From Chiloscyllium plagiosum (Eukaryota), in the NCBI RefSeq assembly GCF_004010195.1, contig NC_057719.1, positions 75,718,064 through 75,782,063 of the forward strand: 64,000 nt of DNA, read 5' to 3'. The notes under the pieces were generated by a model that saw only the letters and a program-made list of their open reading frames with translations, was not told where the DNA came from and ran no database searches. Within the stretch, counting starts at the first letter, position 1. Each line of letters starts with the position of its first letter. This document shows positions 52,185-64,000 of the stretch, piece by piece. A program made the position numbers and the translations under genes.

Positions 52185-54606
52185 AAAAACATGAAAGAGG
52201 AATTTGTTAAGTGTGTACAAGTCAATTTTCTGATTCAGTATGTGGATGTACCTACTAGAGAAGGTGCAAAACTTGAACTACTCTTGGGAAATAAGGCATG
52301 GCAGGTGACTGAGGTGTCAGTGGGGGAAGCACTTGGGGCCAGCGACTATAATTCCATTAAATTTAAAATAGTGGTGGAAAAGGATAGACCAGATCTAAAA
52401 GTTGAAGTTCTAACTCGGAGAAAGGCTAATTTTGATGGTATTAGGCAAGAACTTTCAAAAGCTGATTGGGGGCAGATGTTTGCAGGCAAAGGGACGGCTG
52501 GAAAAAGGGAAGCCTTCAGGAATGAGATAACAAGCATCCAGAGAAAGTATATTCCTGTCAGGGTGAAAGGCAAGGCTGGTAGGTATAGGGAATGCTGGAT
52601 AATGAAATAAATTGAGGGTTAGGTTAAGAACAAGAAGGAAGCATATGGCAGGTATAGACAGGGTAGATCGAGTGAATCCTTAGAAGAGTATAAAGGCAGT
52701 AGGAGTATACTTAAGAGGGAAATCAGGAGGGCAAAAAGGGGACATAAGATAGCTTTGGCAAATAGAGTTAAGGAGAATCCAAAGGGTTTTTACAAATACT
52801 TTAAGGACAAAAGGGTAACTAGAGAGGGAGTAGGGCCCCTCAAAGATCAGTAAGGTAGCTTTTGTGTGGAGCCGCAGAAAATGGGAGAGATACTAAACGA
52901 GTATTTTGCATCAGTATTTTCTGTGGAAAAGGATATGGAAGATATGGAATGTAGGGAAATAGACGGTGACACCTTGCAAAATATCCATATTACAGAGGAG
53001 GAAGTGCTGGATATCTTGAAACGCATGAAGGTGGATAAATCCCCAGGACCTGATCAGGTGTACCTAGAACTCTGTGGGAAGCTAGAGAAGTGATTGCTGG
53101 GCCTCTTGCTGAGATATTTGTATCATTGATAGTCACAGGTGAGATCCAGAAGATTGGAGGTTGGCTAACGTGGTGCCATTGTTTAAGAAGGGTGGTAAGG
53201 ACAAGCCAGGGAACTGTAGACCAGTGAGCCTGATGTCGGTGGTGGGAAAGTTGTTGGAGGATATCCTGAGGGACAGGATGTACATGTATTTGGAAAGGCA
53301 AGGACTGATTAGGGATAGTCAACATGGCTTTGTGCATGGGAAATCATGTCTCACAAATTTGATTGAGTTTTTTTGAAGAAGTAACAAAGAGGATTGATGA
53401 GAGCAGAGCGGTAGATGTGACCTATATGGACTTCAGTAAGGCATTCGCCAAGGTTCCCCAGTGGGGACTGGTTAGCAAGGTTAGATTTCATGGAATACAG
53501 GGAGAACTGGCCATTTGGATACAGAACTGGCTCAAAGGTACAAGACAGAGGGTGGTGGTGGAGGGTTGTTTTTCAGACTGGAGGCCTGTGACCAGTGGAG
53601 TGCCACAAGGATCGGTGCTGGGTCCTCTACTTTTTGTCATTTACATAAATGATTTGGATGCGAGCATAAGAGGTACAGTTAGTAAGTTTGCAGATGACAC
53701 CAAAATTGGAGGTGTAGTGGACAGCGAAGAGGGTTACCTCAGATTACAACAGGATCTGGACCAGATGGGCCAATGGGCTGAGAAGTGGCAGATGGAGTTT
53801 AATTCAGATAAATGTAAGGTGCTGCATTTTGAGAAAGCAAATCTTAGCAGGACTTATGCACTTAATGGTAAGGTCCTAGGGAGTGTTGCTGAACAAAGAG
53901 ACCTTGGAGTGCAGGTTCATAGCTCCTTGAAAGTGGAATTGCAGGTAGATAGGATAGTGAAGAAGGCATTTGGTATGCTTTCTTTTATTGATCAGAGTAT
54001 TGACTACAGGAGTTTGGACGTCATGTTGCGGCTGTACAGGACATTGATTAGGCCACTGTTGGGATATTGCGTGCAATTCTGGTCTCCTTCCTATCGGAAA
54101 GATGTTGTGAAACCTAAAAGGTTTAGAAAAGATTTACAAGGATGTTTCCAGGGTTGGAGGATTTCAGCTGTAGGAAGAAGCTAAAGAGGCTGGGGCTGTT
54201 TTCCCTGGAGCATCGGAGGTTGAGGGGTGACCTTATAGAGGTTTACAAAATTATGAGGGGCATGGATAGGATAAATAGACAAAGACTTTTCCCTGGGATC
54301 GGGGAGTCCAGAACGAGAGGGCATAGGTTTAGGGTGAGAGGGGAAAGATATAAAAGAGCCGTAAGGGGCAACGTTTTCACACAGAGGTTGGTACGTGTAT
54401 GGAATGAGCTGCCAGAGGAAGTGGTGGAGGCAACATTTGCAACATTTAAAAGGCATCTGGATGGGTATATGAATAGGAAGGGTTTGGATGGATATGGGCT
54501 GGGTGCTGGCAGGTCGGACTAGATTGGGTTGGGATATCTGGTCTGCATGGACGGGTTGGACCGAAGAGTCTGTTTCCATGCTGTACATCTCTATGACTCT
54601 ATGACT
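52185..54606 (+). mobile_element. CR1/HER1-type LINE, 5'-truncated 2.4-kb ORF2 pseudogene (EN C-terminus, RT, 3' UTR)
   Basis: QYVDVPTREGAKLELLL, KSPGPD, NCRPVSLMSVVGK, QHGF..GKSCLTNL, YMDFSKAF, GVPQGSVLGP, FADDTK; several stops/frameshifts; (ctatgact)n tail. Confidence 0.96.
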
Positions 54607-56387
54607 GTATGTGCTTATGAGAAAACAATGCCATGATATACACTGTTCTGAAATAATCATCATATCTCTTGAGCATGACAGAAATTTTCTGGCTGTTTCT
54701 GCACCTGAGTAGGACCATTTTGTTGAGCGCTTTATCACAAAATTATTTTCTTTCTATGGACTGCACTATCTCATTTAATCGATAGCCTCTTGCCACCCCC
54801 AACCCACCAAAACATGAGCTGCGTAGTTTATAATCGGCATACGTGCAATGTGTATTTACATTTCACCAGTGAGAATTCCTCTCACAACTTGTTATTGATG
54901 AGCTGAGAGTTAAAATCTTCCAGTTTTGCCCAACCGTTGCTCAGGTGTAAACTAACAATACTATCAATGGGAAATATACCCCTGTCATCAAGGAAATCTG
55001 TTCCAGTGTGCATCTGAAAGGTAAGCAGAATATTTCACAAGGTTGCGTCAGCCTGACCTTCACTGGAAGAAAATGTTGAAATATGATTCATCCAGTGGGA
55101 CTCTTTCTCGATGTGGCAGCGGATTATCATATAAAATTGATGCCTCATGTAACCTCAGTGTCGTCTCCTTTGAGCACAGCTTGGGAACAAGATAAACAGC
55201 ACTTTATAATGATGAAAAGTCGAGGCTGCATTGATTAACAGATTTTAAAGAAACAATTTTTTTGTGCATGCTAAGCATCTTGTAAAAAGGAAGTCAGTTT
55301 TGAAAAGAAAGCCATTTGTCTCCAGTATTTGTTGGGGTACGATTTGCAAATAGGACGAGGGGCTTGGGGTGGAGTATTGGATGAGGCTGTGGAATCTGAA
55401 TTTCAGTGTTCTCCATCTGGAAACAGCCTTGGTTTACAGGCATGGCTCCCTACGAAGTGGGTCAGGCTGCAGAGGATTCTACCACCCATTAGGTTTCTTG
55501 GAGGTCAGGTTAGACTTCACAAGGGTGGAGCTGGCATCGGTGTGATTTATGGACTTAGACAGGGTGATAAGGGAATGACAGAGGGAATGAAAGGGAGGTT
55601 GGGGATGGGAATTGGTGAACCACTGATCCTGGGATGGTTGCAGCGAATGGGGTAGCTGGTCTGACCGTGGGGAGGTGTTTAGAGGTCAGTGACCATGGAA
55701 AACAGAGGGGCTGAGAGGAAAGATCCCTGCTCCATCTGACTCTCAAACAGAATTGGAAAAACACTCATCTCTGTTTGACTGGTAACGCTTTAGTTCCAGT
55801 CACACCAAAGTTGACTGCAGGCATTCCTGAACATGGGGAGGTTCATGGGAATGGGCCTGAGTGGTAAGTTTGGGGTAGCAGGGATTCTGACTGGAGCCCA
55901 CCAAAGGGGATAAGGGTTTTTTGTTTTGAAAGGTAGGAATGTTGGTGAGGGGGTGGGTAGGCCATGACCTCCAAAGGCTGTATGTCTCTCCTTTCATGAT
56001 ACCAAACTACTCTGTTAAATCTATGGGGCTGCCCAACTAGCATGGGTCTCATGTCTCCAGTCCTGGAGGAAAACATCAAGAGAAAACCGAGTGAGACAGG
56101 AGCAGGGAGAGATCTACGACAGCTTTCAAACTCAACGTCAAGGCCCAGCAACTGCTGCTGACATATTACAACTAAAAATCCTGGTTCTTTGGGAGCTTTA
56201 CCACACCCATTCAGGCTGCTTCTTTTGTTTCAACTTTTTTAAAAAACCAGCTGTCTATGGACAGCTCGGCACCTTAAAGAAAACCAGGACAAAATAAGCG
56301 TCTTAAAGCCATAGTGTCATCACAGGTATTGGCACAACAGCTGAGCTCAATCCTGTATTCTCCCCTGACTGCAACATTTGGGACTTA

Positions 56388-56510
56388 GAGTCATAGAGAT
56401 ATACAGCACGGAACCAGATCCTTCGGTCCAACTCGTCCATGCTGACCAGATATTCCAACCCAATCTAGCCCCACCTGCCGGCACGCAGGCCATATCCCTC
56501 TAAGCCCTTC
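56388..56510 (-). mobile_element. CR1 3' terminal fragment
   Basis: agagtcatagagatatacagcacgg...; reverse complement of 54480-54603. Confidence 0.85.
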
Positions 56511-58329
56511 TTGACCAGTGCAAGTCACTGGCAAAGAATCAGGAGTGTGGATCCCGGCTGGTATACCCTCCTCTAGCCTGCAGTATGAGGTCTTTTGGCA
56601 GCATCACCATTGCCACTGAGTGAGAGGTCAGGGGCCTGGCTGGTGGGGAGGTATGTGGGCAAGGAGGACCTAAGTCGTCACAGGATCAGGTAGAATGCTG
56701 GTTTCACCTTCTGCTCATTGTATTTCAATGGAGAGTAAGCCAAGCCAGCATTGCGCCAAAATGCAATACTTTGCAGAAGGCTAAATTGGCCTCTTCCCCA
56801 TCTCACATCTCCACTCTGACTAAGAATCAAAGCTTCCTCCACCAAATCCCAATCTGCATTTCTCAGTGCCCTAAAGGGTGGCACCACTTACCTGAGGAGG
56901 TGGGTAATGAGTGGGCTCTCTTTCAGGTATTCCTACATTACATCAACCACGACACTGATCGTGAAAAGCAAAATCCAAGTCTGTCCTGCTTTCTCCTTTT
57001 GAGTGCAGTTCTTGTTTCTTTCTCCTGCTTATTGCAAAAGTATCAATCATGCAACAAGAATTGGTAAAACAATAAGCTGGGTTCTTCATTTGAAGGTGAG
57101 ACTATGTGCGGGTAGTGAAACTGGGAATCTGTGTAGAGACCTGTAAGACCTCTATTGTGTTCAGTCTGTGGAGCACATGGGATGATACAATATTATATGG
57201 GATTACCCTGTCCCATGATGGGTTTTGAGGGACAGCAGTTGAAGATATGCCTCTTTAAATGTGCATGCACACCACACCAGTTTAGAGCAGTAACAATTAC
57301 AGCAGTACAGACTGAAGGTGACTTGCCCTTCCCCAAGTCAAAGGCTGGCTTTAAATCCACCCGGAGGTGATTGACACATCATTCATTATATTCAGCTGCT
57401 GATAGGGAAAGAAAATGTTATCATCAATTCCTGAAGTATTGGGCATAAAACTCACATTTATTTGAGCATTTTTGTTGGCCTTTGATTTTAAAAGTGTGAA
57501 ATTCCCAAAGCCAATGTCAATATTGACATTGATTTATTCCCTGTGAGTCACTGTTATCAAAATGCAGGTGCTGTGAACGATGGCACAGGGAGGAAGCAGG
57601 AGGGTGGGTTTGTCTACTCTCTGATCTGTCAGCGTTTCATTTGACCCCCTTGCATTTCTTACTCGATTCATTAAACAGATTTAGGGTTAACAGAGAATCC
57701 TGCTGTTAATCATTTGGTTCTAGAAGGAATGGTAGCCTGGATACTCACTCATGGGCCTGAATTTTCACCCTCGTGGCTGGGTGGGAGTGGGGAGGGGGTT
57801 GGCAGGTTAGGATTTCACTGGTCAGGGTGTCTTGCCAGTGCCATCCTGCTCTGCATCATTTTCCCAGAACAAACTAAGGGTGAAGAGTGGGGAGGGTAGT
57901 ATTTTTCAGCCTACCCTGTGGTACCGAGAAGAGTTAGCTGTCTGAACATGGGTTCCCAGTAGCAGAGCAAGGAGATTAGCTGTCCAGGCAGGAGTTCACA
58001 CCTACCTCCCTGACTACACAGTGCCCTGCAGAGGACTTTGCCATCCATGAAGGTGACTCAGCTGCTCTGGCCAATGCTTGTTCCATTCCATCACTTTAGA
58101 GACGTGTGCTTATAGACAGGGGACAGGATTTGGGGAGTTAGGATGCCCAGCTCAGTTTATGGCCCAGTTCAGTTTCTGGTGAATGATGATGCTGGTAGTT
58201 GAGGATTTATCAATAGCATTGCTACTGAGAGTCCAGAGGAAATTGTTCGGCTTTCTCTTATTGGAGATGTATATTACCAGATACTGATGCAGACAGAACA
58301 TTACCTGCACTTAACAGCCAGGTTGTCAA

Positions 58330-58560
58330 CTTTGACCTTGTTTGAATCTAACATTCACCATTGGCATTGGCCCAATCATCTTATGGGCAATTAGTGACAC
58401 TGTACAGCTACGTCCAATGTCAGTCACCTGTTGATGCCACTTCTAGTCTGCTGTACAGCCATTTTTTGTCTCAGTATCTTCTGTCACGTCCTGGTCAGGC
58501 AGCGTGAAAGCAATACTTTCTTGAACACCAGATGGACTGGGGTCTGTATGTGGCAGCTGG
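58330..58560 (-). mobile_element. Possible decayed Harbinger transposase N-terminus
   Basis: Reverse complement TYRPQ..., cagactagaagtggcatcaacaggtgactgacatt (RL.MS...VTDI-like), atgccaatggtgaatg. Confidence 0.25.
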
Positions 58561-58909
58561 GGGAATCTCTGCACACCCCAGAGATCTTCGCAATGAACAC
58601 CTCAGTGATCCACCATGTTGAGTTAACTCACATGGGCTGATGTAGCTCAGAAAAGTGGGGATCACCTGGTGTACAGCATAGCCCATGGACAAACGCACAG
58701 AACAAGGGTCCCTTCATATAATCACAGGCTAAAACTATATTTGCCAACTCTTCTGCCCACAAGCTTAACACATTCAAATGCTGTCGAATTGATGTACAGC
58801 AGTTCCCCTTATGCTTCATGCTTTAATTTTAGTGTCATCTGAAAACTCTAGATACCTTTCGACAAATTCTGATTTTCTTTTGTGGATGGTAGACAGTAAT
58901 GACCCCCAC

Positions 58910-59015
58910 TAGGAGAAAGTGAGGACCTGAAGAAGGGCTTATGCCTGAAACGTCGATTCTCCTGCTCCTCAGATGCTGCCTGGCCTGCTGTGTTTTTCCA
59001 GCATGACATTTTTCA
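58910..59015 (+). mobile_element. 106-bp PLE family A mini-insertion with 17-bp TSD and hammerhead core (58927-58954)
   Basis: TSD acagtaatgacccccac at 58893-58909 and 59016-59032; CTGAAGA-A-GGGC-TTAT-GCCT-GAAA-CGTC. Confidence 0.85.
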
Positions 59016-59349
59016 ACAGTAATGACCCCCACGCCTATTTCTGTGGCACACATGTAACCAAATCCAGGTCAGATGTTGACTCGTTTAATGTGATTCATGA
59101 CTTTCTTTCAACCAGCTATTTAAAAAAAAATCTATTTCAGTGCATCTCCATTGAGTCCATTCAATTTTGTGCAGTTGTCTTTTATGCAGAGTGCAGTTGA
59201 CACTCTGAGAATGGGGACTGATATGCCACTCGCTTTGGATAACCTGCCGACAGTCAGTACATAAGCTGAGATGTGAAAAATGTTTATTTGACTTGCAAAC
59301 AATCAAGTCAACTGTGCGTGATTTTGTAAAATATTTGCTTAAGGTGGTT

Positions 59350-59670
59350 AAACGTTTGAAAGTGTAGAATGGATTTCCCCAATGTTGGGTAGGAGGTACA
59401 GAGCAAGAGAGTGTAATCTTCAAATGATGGCTTATCCATTAGGAGTAATGCCAAGAAACATTTATTCACACAAAGAGTATTGAAAATATTCAACATGTCC
59501 CCAAACAGTGGGAGAGAACTGTGAATGTCAGATATAAGATTGATACATATTTATTAGGCAAGTGTATTAAGGGTTACGAGACTGAAGGGAAAATGGAGTT
59601 CTGCTATAGAATCAGCTGTGGTCTAATTTAATGTTGGAACAGAGGGATGAATGGCCGTCACTTGTTCTTA
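59350..59670 (+). mobile_element. Old CR1 3' fragment
   Basis: aaacatttattcacacaaagagta..., attaagggttacg, gaatggcc...gttcttat. Confidence 0.5.
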
Positions 59671-60069
59671 TATTTTAAACTACGAGATAAAGCAGCAGAA
59701 CAGAGGAGCGTTGTGTGAAAGGGCAATAATGAGCTGCCACTGTTGATCCTGCTCTCTTAAACTGGAGTGTAGGTGGAACTGTTGATTCTAACTGAGGATA
59801 TCCCCAGAGCCCTGTGTGAGGCTATTAATAGAGACAGGGGATTAAGGAGTTACTTAATAGCATGTTGCAATTGAATGGAAAAATCCCAATGGAGTCTTGC
59901 GATTTGGTAGAATGAATTGCTGCACAGGCAGTCTCTGACACTTGCATTTCAACATTGTACCTTTGTAGTCTGATTTTCCTTTCCCTTTAAACTGAGCAGT
60001 GTTGGTAATTTTGAATCCTGGGTGCTGCAACTTCGCAGTAATATAGGCAAAGATCCAATATCTGGAGAA

Positions 60070-60310
60070 CCACAGTGGCTCAGTTGTTAGCACTGCTGCC
60101 TCATAGGGGCCCCAGGTTCAATTCCTGCCTTGGGGTGACTGTTTGTGTGGAGTTTGCATGTTCTCCCTGTGTGTGTGGGTTTCGTCCCACAGTCCAAAGC
60201 TGTGCAGGTCAGGTGAATTGACCATGTTAAATTGCCCATTGTGTTAGGTGCATAGGTCAGGGGTAAATGTGGGTTATTCTTCAGAGTGTTGGTATGTACT
60301 TGATGGGCTG
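60070..60310 (+). mobile_element. HE1-type SINE with deletions
   Basis: cacagtggctcagttgttagcactgctgcctca... Confidence 0.85.
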
Positions 60311-60997
60311 TAATATGCATGAAGCGTAGGCTAGCAATTTATTTACTCCTTCCTTAAATGGTCAGGAGCTATTCAGTTGAGTTTATTTTGGATTTCCCCT
60401 GTGAATGATAGGGACAGACAGTGAGTGTCTCTGTGAAGGAAGATTGATTGTTTCAATTTTAACTTGGGAATTCTGTGAATTCTTTAGATGATATAGGTCT
60501 CTGCCTACAAATCCCACAGGTTATCCCTACCGTTTTGAAAAATGCTGTTTTGATCTATGGGCTGGGGATGGGAATGCTCCCAATTCAGAGGGTACTATGA
60601 ATGAGGGAGTGCTTTTTATGCCTCTGAGGAGGTTGACAGTTGGGCCAGAGTATACCTCATTGTCGACAGCTCATCAGGACTAAGACAATGATCATGCATC
60701 TGGGGAGGTGCCAAAATTGTGCAGATTAGACAGTGGCTGAGGTCAAAACTGGAGTCTGGGATTGTGGGAGGGTGCGGAATATTGGAGCCAGTTGTGGGCG
60801 TGAGTGGTAGGGAGGGAAAAGGGAAGGATTGGATGGTGGTGGTAGAGTTGTGGCAAAGAGTGGATACAAGGGGTAGTTTGCAGTGGACTACAATAACGTG
60901 CAGTTGGCAGGAGTGGTCCTAAAAAAAAAGTGAAAAATATGCTAAACTTAAAACACTGGCCATACTAGGGGCAGTTCAGACTTTGTCAGTAAAATTA

Positions 60998-61335
60998 TAG
61001 AACTGCTGCAGTGTGGAAAGAAGCCATTTAGTCTGCATTGAGCTTCCAAAGAGCATCCCACCCAGACCCAGACCCCCTACCCAATCCCCATGACCCCACA
61101 TTAACCATGGAGAAAGTGAGGACTGTAGATGCTGGAGATCAGAGTCGGGAGTGTGGTGTTGGAAAAGCACAGCAGGTCAAGTAGCATCTGAGGAGCAGGA
61201 TGTTTCGATTCTCCTGCTTCTCGGATGCTGCCTGACCTACTGTGCTTTTCCAGCACCACACTCTCGACACACATTAACCATACCTAACCTACGTTCCTGG
61301 ACAATACAGGGCAAATTAGCATGGCCAATCCACTA
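60998..61335 (-). mobile_element. HE1-type SINE 3' part split by a PLE mini-element
   Basis: cagtgtggaaagaagccatt...cccacccagacc / cctaacct...gggcaaattagcatggccaatccac. Confidence 0.75.
61109..61269. mobile_element. Palindromic PLE family A mini-element with 12-bp TSD; hammerhead deleted
   Basis: TSD cacattaaccat at 61097-61108 and 61270-61281; about 57-bp arms. Confidence 0.85.
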
Positions 61336-62039
61336 ACAGTGGCAAATGGATTTTATGAAAGGGACTTAAAACAGTAGGTAGGCAAGCCTATTTCCAGAAT
61401 CTGCAAATTGCAAATTAATGCGTGTGTATCCAAGCTTCCATGTTAGGAGCCTGTGTCACCCCTGTAACATTAGCCTTCTCATTGCAAGGCCCAGGTTCTT
61501 GACATTGAATATTAAGTTTGAGTAGTTTTGCTGTTTGGTTTATTTAATATGCACAGAGCTTGGCTCCAGTTTGTAACAGATGGTGCTGGGCAGGAGCAGC
61601 TGTTCCACAAAGTCAGGTCTTGTAAAAGCATGCCTTCCTTATGGAGGAAGCGAACCTTTCCCTGATCTCATCCTTGCCCTGATAGAAGGTCTCTCAAATT
61701 CAGAATTGTACAGGATGCTAAAAGAAGTAGAATAATGGGTGGGAAGAGAAGCAGAACATGCTGGGAATACTGAAAGTCTGGCAGCGTTTGTGAAGAAAGA
61801 AAGGGAGTTAATATTTTGTGTCAACTGTGACTCTTCCTCAGAACTGTGGATAGACAGAACCCTGGCTTTTGTTTTGATCTTGGTAAATATTTGATGAAAT
61901 CTTTAATATCTCCATATCATGGGGACACAGAAAGTAGTGTAAATGTTAGCATCTGTAAACCAAATGAGCATTTTGGCATCTAGTTTTCACTTGATATATT
62001 TCTGAATCTCCAGATTTAAAAATGATTGTAAATAAATGC

Positions 62040-63392
62040 TTGGTAGCACTTGTTAAAAGGCGACTAGAAATTGAAGGTATTCATCTTGAACTCATCAGAA
62101 CTAAACACAAAAAAAACCTTAACCCAAGGACACCATTTTATAGAGCATGAGAAGAGGATGCTGATTGGTTGGGTCATCATTAACATGGAGATACAATAGG
62201 AACAGTTAACTGTCAATCTTAATTCTCAGGAATGAAAGCAGATTCTGATTGGTTAGGGTGTTGCCATGGCAGTGCAGCAGAATTTGACTGTCTCCATGGC
62301 ATTTGTTTTGAAAAATAGGAGCAATATACGTACAAACTCCTTTGCCCATATAAAACATGGTCCTGTGCATTAGCTGAGACAAGGGGTTTAAGAGCATGGA
62401 GCTAATATTGGAATTGCATAAAATTATGGTTAGGTCACAACTAGGGTATTGTGTACAGTTCTGGAATCCACATTATAGGAGGATTTTGATAGCACTAGAG
62501 AGGGTGCAGTGGAGCGTTAGCAGGAAATTGCCTGTTCTGGAGATTTTCAGTTCTGAAGAGAGTTTGGACAGATGAGGGTTGTTTTCCTTGGAGCAGAGAG
62601 ATTGAGAGGGGACATGATTGAGATGTATAAAATTACTTGCTGTCCACTGTGAGTGGTCAATGGGCCGTGTTTGACATGTCCCATCAGTCGTTGAGATGTA
62701 TGGCCTTTGTACTTGGCATCACACTGGCACTCAAACTCATATATCACATTACTCAATTCTGTGGTGGACAACTTGTTTTTTTGACTTGACAGCAGTATCC
62801 TGTTAGTGGAGAAAATCACTCGTAGATTTACTACCATATAGCAGCTAGCTTCACTTGTTCAGATTGTTGAAACACCTTACCCTTCCACGGTAATCTGAGA
62901 TAGATAGGGCACCTTCCAGGGCCAAAACTGGTGGACTTATTTCATGAGGTTTCAAGGACTGTGCACTAAGAGTTACACTTGAAACCTATTTAACATCATC
63001 AGTCAGGCCTGCGATAGGATTAGGGTTTGTGTGATGTATTTGCATGTGTTGGAAGTTACACACATAAATATAAAGGAACCTGTTTTACATCAGCAAAAGG
63101 CATTTGCACACACAGCACTTATTTCAAAGATAAAAGGGTCATAGAGATAGCTAAACTATGCTGTATCCCCATACTAATCTCTGCCAAATCAGAATCTACA
63201 TGCCTGGTATGAGAATTAAGATTGACAGTTAACTGTTTTTTGCTGCAACTCCATGTTAATGATGGCCCAACCAAATAGTGTCCTCTTCTTGTGTAACATG
63301 TGGTCCCCGGTTCAAGTCTGTTTCTTGCTTACCTAATTCAGATGAGTGCAAGACAAAAAACTTCAATCTCTAGCCTCCTTTTAGCAATGCTT
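62040..63392 (-). mobile_element. Penelope-like element (GIY-YIG fragment) bounded by inverted terminal repeats, with a nested CR1 piece
   Basis: ORF 62547-62837 has SNVIYEFECQCDAKYKGHTSQRL; 62040-62260 is inverted relative to 63180-63392. Confidence 0.75.
62390..62636 (+). mobile_element. CR1 fragment nested in PLE
   Basis: ggttaggtcacaactagggtattgtgtacagttctgg...gagaggggacatgattgagatgtataaaatt. Confidence 0.8.
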
Positions 63393-63496
63393 AAATGGCA
63401 TTGTCCGGTCCAAAGTACAACAAACAGTAACTCCGTACAAATGGGGCCACTAATCAAAAATGTTGAGCTCTGTTAAAAGGGAAATATGGAGCATGG

Positions 63497-63804
63497 TTAG
63501 ATTCCCTACAGTGTGGAAACAGGCCATTCACCCCAACAAGTCTACACCGACCCTCCGAAGAACAACCCACCCAGACCCATTTCCCTCTGACTGATGCACC
63601 TAACACAATGGGCAATTTAGCATGGCCAATTCACCTAACCTGCATATCTTTGGACTGTGCGGGGAAACTGGAGCACCCAGAGGGAACTCATGCAGACACA
63701 GGGAGAATGTGCAAACTCCACACAGACAGTCACCCAAGGCTGGAATTGAACCTGTGACCCTGGTGCTGTGAGGTAGCAGTGCTAACTATTGAGCCACCAT
63801 GCCG
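63497..63804 (-). mobile_element. HE1-type SINE, full length
   Basis: ttagattccctacagtgtggaaacagg...gagccaccatgccgc. Confidence 0.9.
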
Positions 63805-63902
63805 CGTCCATGCTGTTCCCCCAGCGATGTTTGACGAGTAGCCTGGATAGTAGGGCTCTTTGTAACTTGATGTTGCACTTCAGCAATGCTGTATAGCTCT
63901 AA

Positions 63903-64000
63903 GGGGATTGTGGCAGAGTGCTTATGTCAGCAGATTAGTCATCCAGAGTCCTGCTAATGCCCTGGAGACTTGAGTTCAAATCCTATCACAGCTAGAATTG
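63903..64000 (+). mobile_element. Head of the second SINE family (runs off the window)
   Basis: gtggcagagtg...atccagag...ctaatgccctggagacttgagttcaaatcc. Confidence 0.6.

Noticed and set aside
53363..54184. Intact reverse transcriptase gene
   Set aside because: Part of a 5'-truncated CR1 with stops and frameshifts on both sides; non-autonomous

Overview
Repeat-rich, apparently gene-free eukaryotic DNA, most likely a large intron or intergenic region. The repeat complement points to a shark (elasmobranch): CR1/HER1-type LINE fragments, HE1-type tRNA-derived SINEs, a second SINE sharing its tail with an L2/CR1-like LINE, Penelope-like elements (PLEs), Harbinger and Gypsy fossils, and a MITE. 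There is an 811-N gap at 12713-13523. I found no convincing host exon; the ORFs I could recognise are transposon-derived or gap artefacts. The most notable signal is a set of minimal type-I hammerhead ribozyme motifs (CUGANGA-stem II-GAAA-palindrome-UH) in several PLE families, with compensatory changes in stem I. Several sit in short (106-225 bp), often palindromic, non-coding insertions with 12-17 bp target-site duplications (TSDs). Other observations: a 36-bp-TIR MITE, a 27-bp degenerate minisatellite, nested insertions, and several transcription-factor motif clusters. Family names come from recall of consensus motifs, not database searches, and boundaries of old repeats are approximate.
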